Positions 60,220 through 64,000 of a stretch of 64,000 bases of DNA are shown one piece after another; position 1 is the stretch's first letter; each line of letters opens with the position of its first letter. The DNA comes from Candidatus Nanoarchaeia archaeon (GTDB taxonomy: Archaea; Nanobdellota; Nanobdellia; SCGC-AAA011-G17; JACPNG01), in contig JAQTMY010000002.1 in assembly GCA_028714095.1 (NCBI GenBank), forward strand, positions 14,636 through 78,635. The letters run 5' to 3'. The position numbers were made by a program, and so were the translations under genes. The notes beneath the pieces were generated by a model that worked only from the letters and a program-made list of their open reading frames with translations, was not told the origin of the DNA and made no database searches.

Positions 60220-60322
60220 TAGCGGGAGGTGGATTTGAATTCGGCAGTAGCTCTTTCCTCACTACTTCCACCGACCTCCGGGTTATGGGCCCGACGAGCA
60301 CTCCTAGCTGCTCCATCCCGCT
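60220..60322 (-). tRNA. Initiator tRNA-Met (anticodon CAU, A1:U72) with a putative 28-nt non-canonical intron in the T-arm
   Basis: The reverse complement is AGCGGGA-TG-GAGC...GCTC-G-TCGGG-CCCATAA-CCCGG-AGGTC-GGTGG-[AAGTAGTGAGGAAAGAGCTACTGCCGAA]-TTCAAAT-CCACC-TCCCGCT-A. It has three G:C pairs in the anticodon stem. Confidence 0.6.
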
Positions 60323-60477
60323 AGGATTTAAGAGAAAACAGCGGTTTTTAAAGGTTTTGAAAGAGTTTGACCTAAAAACCTTCAGGAAGGCTTTATTTTC
60401 TAGGTTCTATAATTGTAATTATTATTAAGTAGTTACAAATAGAAAGATTTTTAAACTAAGTCTCTCATTCTCACTAT

Positions 60478-61413
60478 ATGGAAAATAGTAATTTTAGAAA
60501 GGAAACTCTGGATTTTTTTCTAGAACAAGCCCCAATTATGGGGGATATTGCATTAAAGTATTTTGGTAATCTTCAACCTTCTGATGTTGAGTATAAATCC
60601 ACAGAACAAAGGGACCCAGTAACCATCGCTGATAAAGAAATTAGTAGAGCTATTGTCTCTAAAATAAAAGAAAGATTCAGTGATAAATTCTTGCTTTTAA
60701 CTGAGGAAACTGTAGAAGATTTTAATAAAAATTTATTAGAGATCAATAAACCTATAATTATTGTTGATGAGTTGGATTCAACAGGTAACTTTAAAGGAGG
60801 AAACCCAGAATTTAGTGTTCTTTTTGGACTAGCTGAAAATAATGTTAATAGATATGAGATGACTGTTGGTCTTGTTTATAAACCAGTGACAGGAGAATTT
60901 TATTTTGCTACAACTGATTCAGATGCAACCCATCAAAATAAAGAAGGGTTACAAACCAAATTATCTGTTTCAAATAGACATCATATAATAACCAATGCAT
61001 CTCCTGTTAATGTTGCAATAAATCAAAAACGATTCCCAGAAAGATATCAAGATTGTCCAACCGCGCATTTTGAAGTTATAGAAGCCATGCAAGAATTTAG
61101 AAATAAAAATAGGGACCAAGTTGCTAAAAATCTTAAGCTTTCTGCCGGTTTAGAAATTATGGATGTTGCAAGAGGGAAGGTAGATATTTATTTGTGCCCA
61201 AATGCGGGTAACTGGGACTATGCTACAGGTTCGTTGATTCTTAGACAGGCAGGAGGAAAAACATATCTTGCGAAAAACTTAGAGATGTTAATTAATCCAA
61301 CAGAATGGAGCTTACAATTGGAAAAACCCGGAGAATATTACCCTATCATTTTCACAAATGGTTCAATAGATCAAGAATTTTTTAAGTATATGGGGGAAAT
61401 TATCAAAAAATGA
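60478..61413 (+). CDS. Inositol monophosphatase / CysQ-family phosphatase
   Basis: LLTEE...VDELDSTGNF resembles the DPIDGT-like motif; WDYATGSLI is also present. Confidence 0.7.
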   Translation: MENSNFRKETLDFFLEQAPIMGDIALKYFGNLQPSDVEYKSTEQRDPVTIADKEISRAIVSKIKERFSDKFLLLTEETVEDFNKNLLEINKPIIIVDELDSTGNFKGGNPEFSVLFGLAENNVNRYEMTVGLVYKPVTGEFYFATTDSDATHQNKEGLQTKLSVSNRHHIITNASPVNVAINQKRFPERYQDCPTAHFEVIEAMQEFRNKNRDQVAKNLKLSAGLEIMDVARGKVDIYLCPNAGNWDYATGSLILRQAGGKTYLAKNLEMLINPTEWSLQLEKPGEYYPIIFTNGSIDQEFFKYMGEIIKK

Positions 61414-62360
61414 ATCTTGATAAGAAAGATATTGAAAACTTAATTAGGAGTTATCCTATTGGTAAGCTAATTAGCTTCGAAGGGATAAATACTGGTTTTA
61501 TGAATTATAGTTATATTCTTACAACAGATAAAGGAAAATTTGTTTTAAGGATAGGAAAGAAAACAAAAAAACAGGAGGATATTTTATTTGAGATAAACTT
61601 ACTTAATTCTTTAGAGAACTCGCCTGTTCCAAAGTATGTCAGAGACCTAAAAAGGAATTACGTTAACCAATCTATGGGACATAATTATGCAGTCTATAAA
61701 TATCTAGATGGAAATATGCCTAAAAGAATATCAAACAAGGTCTTTAAACAGTTAGCTTACTTTTTAGCAAAGTTTCATAATCAAACAAAAAACTTTGATC
61801 TCAGCCAAAATAGGTTTGCTTGGTATACTTTTTCAGATGAAAGAGCAAATGAATTTGAAAAATATTTAATTAAAATTTTAAATCCATACAGCCCCGAAAT
61901 TTATTATATAAAAGAAAGGTTATTAGAAAATAGATTGCCAAAAGAATTGCCTCATGGACCAATCCATTGCGATGTAAAAAGACACAATATCCTTGCAGTC
62001 AAAGGTAAATTAACAGGGGTAGTTGATTTTGATAACTGTCAAATTGGGCCATATCTTTTAGATCTGGCCATCAGTATTAACTGGTTCTGCACAGACAAAA
62101 ACGGGTTAGATTATAGAAAGACCAGAAAGTTTGTAAAATACTATGAGAAATTCAGAAAGCTGGGCAATCTCGAGAGAAAATACCTTTTCCAGGCAATAAA
62201 ATATGCTTATCTTAGCCACGAATTTGTAGATTACTATGTTTATGCTAAGGGGATTATTAGTGAAGGGTACTTCCATTTTGGAAGAAGATTTTTCCTAAAT
62301 GCAGCAATAAAAATGGATAAAGATAAATTTTCCAAATGTATGAATTCTCCATGGTTTTGA
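61410..62360 (+). CDS. Phosphotransferase (APH/choline-kinase-like kinase fold)
   Basis: HCDVKRHNIL...VVDFDN carries the HxDxxxxN and D motifs. Confidence 0.65.
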   Translation: MNLDKKDIENLIRSYPIGKLISFEGINTGFMNYSYILTTDKGKFVLRIGKKTKKQEDILFEINLLNSLENSPVPKYVRDLKRNYVNQSMGHNYAVYKYLDGNMPKRISNKVFKQLAYFLAKFHNQTKNFDLSQNRFAWYTFSDERANEFEKYLIKILNPYSPEIYYIKERLLENRLPKELPHGPIHCDVKRHNILAVKGKLTGVVDFDNCQIGPYLLDLAISINWFCTDKNGLDYRKTRKFVKYYEKFRKLGNLERKYLFQAIKYAYLSHEFVDYYVYAKGIISEGYFHFGRRFFLNAAIKMDKDKFSKCMNSPWF

Positions 62361-62398
62361 ATCAAAAATCTTAAATAATTCTAATCTTTAATAAATTT

Positions 62399-62626
62399 AT
62401 GTCAGGTCCTGGTTTAGGTAAGAAATTATTAAAAGGAGTCAAGGTTTATATCCATGAAAAAGGAAAATCTAACGCTTCTGTCACTCATCTAGATATTGAA
62501 AGTCCCGATATTACTAGAATAATAAAGGAAAATGAAATAACTTTTGTTAAGGGCAAATCCGGAGGAATTTTTATAGCTCTAAAAAAACCAATGATTAAAA
62601 GAGCAGAGAGATTGATTAAAAAATGA
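62399..62626 (+). CDS. Hypothetical small protein
   Basis: ORF only. Confidence 0.25.
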   Translation: MSGPGLGKKLLKGVKVYIHEKGKSNASVTHLDIESPDITRIIKENEITFVKGKSGGIFIALKKPMIKRAERLIKK

Positions 62627-63300
62627 ACAATAAAACAAAAATAATCGGATGTTTGATACTAATTGCATTAATGGTAGTGTTTGGGATATTTCTATATGAT
62701 AAACTTCCTGACAAAGTACCAAGTCATTTTAATGCAAAAGGAGAAGTTGATGGTTATTCATCGAGAACAGCATCTATTATTATGATGCCAATATTAACTC
62801 TGGTTCTTCTTGGGTTTTTTCTTTTAATCCCAAAAATTGAAGTCTTTAAGGAAAATCTTAAGAGTTTTATCAAGCAGTATTATGGTTTTATTATTGTTTT
62901 TACCCTGTTTATGTTTATTCTGCATATAACCCTCCTGCTAAGAGCCATAGGTTACAATATTAACATGGCTGATTTCATTACTTTTCTGATTGCCTTGTTA
63001 TTTGGTTATATTGGCCTTATTATGCAGAAATTCAAAAGAAACTTTTTTGTTGGGATAAGAACTCCATGGACCTTGTCAAATGATGTAGTATGGAAAAAAA
63101 CCCACGAGTTAGGCTCTAAAACTTTTGTTATAAATTCTTTGATTCTTCTACTGTCCTTATTCCTGTCTTCTGGGTTGGCTATGTGGGTATTAATTGTATC
63201 TGTTCTTCTGAATGTCATTATTTTGGTTGTTTATTCCTATGTAATTTATGATAAAGAAATTAAAACGCTTAAGAGTAGTAAACCTTATAAACAAAGCTAA
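62623..63300 (+). CDS. SdpI/YhfL-family membrane protein (DUF1648)
   Basis: PSHFNAKGEVDGYSS and RTPWTLSNDVVWKKTHELGSK. Confidence 0.6.
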   Translation: MNNKTKIIGCLILIALMVVFGIFLYDKLPDKVPSHFNAKGEVDGYSSRTASIIMMPILTLVLLGFFLLIPKIEVFKENLKSFIKQYYGFIIVFTLFMFILHITLLLRAIGYNINMADFITFLIALLFGYIGLIMQKFKRNFFVGIRTPWTLSNDVVWKKTHELGSKTFVINSLILLLSLFLSSGLAMWVLIVSVLLNVIILVVYSYVIYDKEIKTLKSSKPYKQS

Positions 63301-63317
63301 GGTTGTTTTCCTTTATT

Positions 63318-63401
63318 GCCGGGATCGCATAACCTGGTATTGCGCAGGTTTGCTAAACCTGTTTCCGTAAGGATATCTGGGTTCAAATCCCAGTCCCGGC
63401 G
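63318..63401 (+). tRNA. tRNA-Ser (anticodon GCU), type II
   Basis: GCCGGGA...CAGGTTTGCTAAACCTG is followed by the long variable arm TTTCCGTAAGGATAT and CTGGGTTCAAATCCCAGTCCCGGCG. Confidence 0.8.
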
Positions 63402-63442
63402 TAATTAAAAAACTATAAAAAGAAGGTTACTATCTAAATTTA

Positions 63443-63928
63443 ATGAAACTCTTGGTTAGGGAGATGAAAGAAAAAGATATCCCTCTAATCTCTAAAATTT
63501 ATAGTGAATGTTTCCCAATTGATTGTACTTCTAAAAAAGATTATTTAACTTGGATAAAATGTAACTATCAAGCAAAACCGCGGTTTGTTTATTATATTGC
63601 AGAATTAAATAAAGAGCTTATAGGGTATATCCTATGGATAGAGCTTGGAGGTTTTAGAAAAGAGGCAGTGATTGAACTTGAACAAATTGGGGTTTCTGAG
63701 AAAATGCGTGGAAAAGGAATTGGAACAATTTTAATAAAAAAGAGCCTAGACCTGTTTGTTAAGGATTATATAAGACCCAGGAAAATAGAACTTATAAAAC
63801 TTACAACCAGTAATAGGAATCAGGCCCAGAATCTTTATAGAAAAGTATTGGGTGCTGAACCCGAATGTGTAATGAAAGGCATCTTCGGTGGGGATGAACT
63901 TATAATGTTTACCAGAAAATACAAATAG
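63443..63928 (+). CDS. GNAT family N-acetyltransferase
   Basis: RGKGIGTILIKKS motif. Confidence 0.7.
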   Translation: MKLLVREMKEKDIPLISKIYSECFPIDCTSKKDYLTWIKCNYQAKPRFVYYIAELNKELIGYILWIELGGFRKEAVIELEQIGVSEKMRGKGIGTILIKKSLDLFVKDYIRPRKIELIKLTTSNRNQAQNLYRKVLGAEPECVMKGIFGGDELIMFTRKYK

Positions 63929-63970
63929 CCAAAACAACCTTTAAAAACAATAAAATTCCCTTAATTCTAT

Positions 63971-64000
63971 GCCGAGGTGGCACAATGGTACTGCGCAAGT
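63971..64000 (+). tRNA. Possible 5' fragment of a tRNA truncated by the window end
   Basis: GCCGAGGTGGCACAATGGTACTGCGCAAGT has the G1 start, U8, A14 and GG features of a tRNA 5' half. Confidence 0.25.

Noticed and set aside
1-64000. CRISPR arrays, rRNA genes, transposases and integrases
   Set aside because: No regularly spaced direct repeats, no rRNA-like conserved stretches, and no DDE or tyrosine-recombinase motifs were seen.
1-64000. Possibility that the contig is bacterial (CPR), given NrdR, Lgt, HtpX, LemA and SdpI
   Set aside because: ABCE1 with Fe-S domain, deoxyhypusine synthase, TrmB regulators, class III signal pilins, the A1:U72 initiator tRNA with intron and the archaeal-type tRNA-Leu D-arm all point to an archaeal host. 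The bacterial-like genes are more simply explained by horizontal transfer. Chimerism cannot be excluded without coverage data.

Overview
The window is AT-rich (visually about one-third GC) and gene-dense, and its markers point to an archaeon of DPANN-like character. Archaeal markers include ABCE1 with an N-terminal 4Fe-4S domain, deoxyhypusine synthase, two TrmB regulators, class-III-signal pilins, an A1:U72 initiator tRNA carrying a putative intron, and an archaeal-type tRNA-Leu. Several genes look bacterial and were probably acquired horizontally: NrdR with a near-consensus NrdR box, Lgt, HtpX, LemA and an SdpI-like protein. In order, the content is: (i) a type-IV-pilus/archaellum-like locus, consisting of a FlaI/PilB ATPase fragment at the window edge and five tandem pilin-like genes interrupted by a membrane-anchored alpha/beta-hydrolase; (ii) two tandem adenylate-kinase paralogs; (iii) housekeeping genes purB, ABCE1 and a CYTH protein; (iv) a deoxynucleotide supercluster, glyA-thyX-tmk transcribed divergently from nrdR-nrdD-dut-nrdG-DUF1858, with an NrdR operator between them; (v) deoxyhypusine synthase coupled to an Orn/Arg-decarboxylase-fold gene; (vi) envelope and stress genes (LemA, HtpX, flavodoxin, PEBP, a K+ channel) and several large Cys-rich secreted or surface proteins; (vii) the most unusual locus, a three-gene minus-strand operon encoding a single-chain double-ThiF E1-like enzyme arranged like eukaryotic E1 (degenerate domain followed by a canonical adenylation domain), a 427-aa protein whose C-terminus carries a UBC/E2-like HPx...GxICxD active-site motif, and an unknown 146-aa protein; this is a candidate undescribed ubiquitin-like conjugation or defence system; (viii) a glycosylation cluster, an HEPN-motif protein, RibA-like GTP cyclohydrolase II next to a LOG-methyltransferase fusion, Lgt, SMC, RNase HII, and an IMPase/kinase pair. 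There are seven tRNAs, one partial. No rRNA, CRISPR array or transposase was seen.
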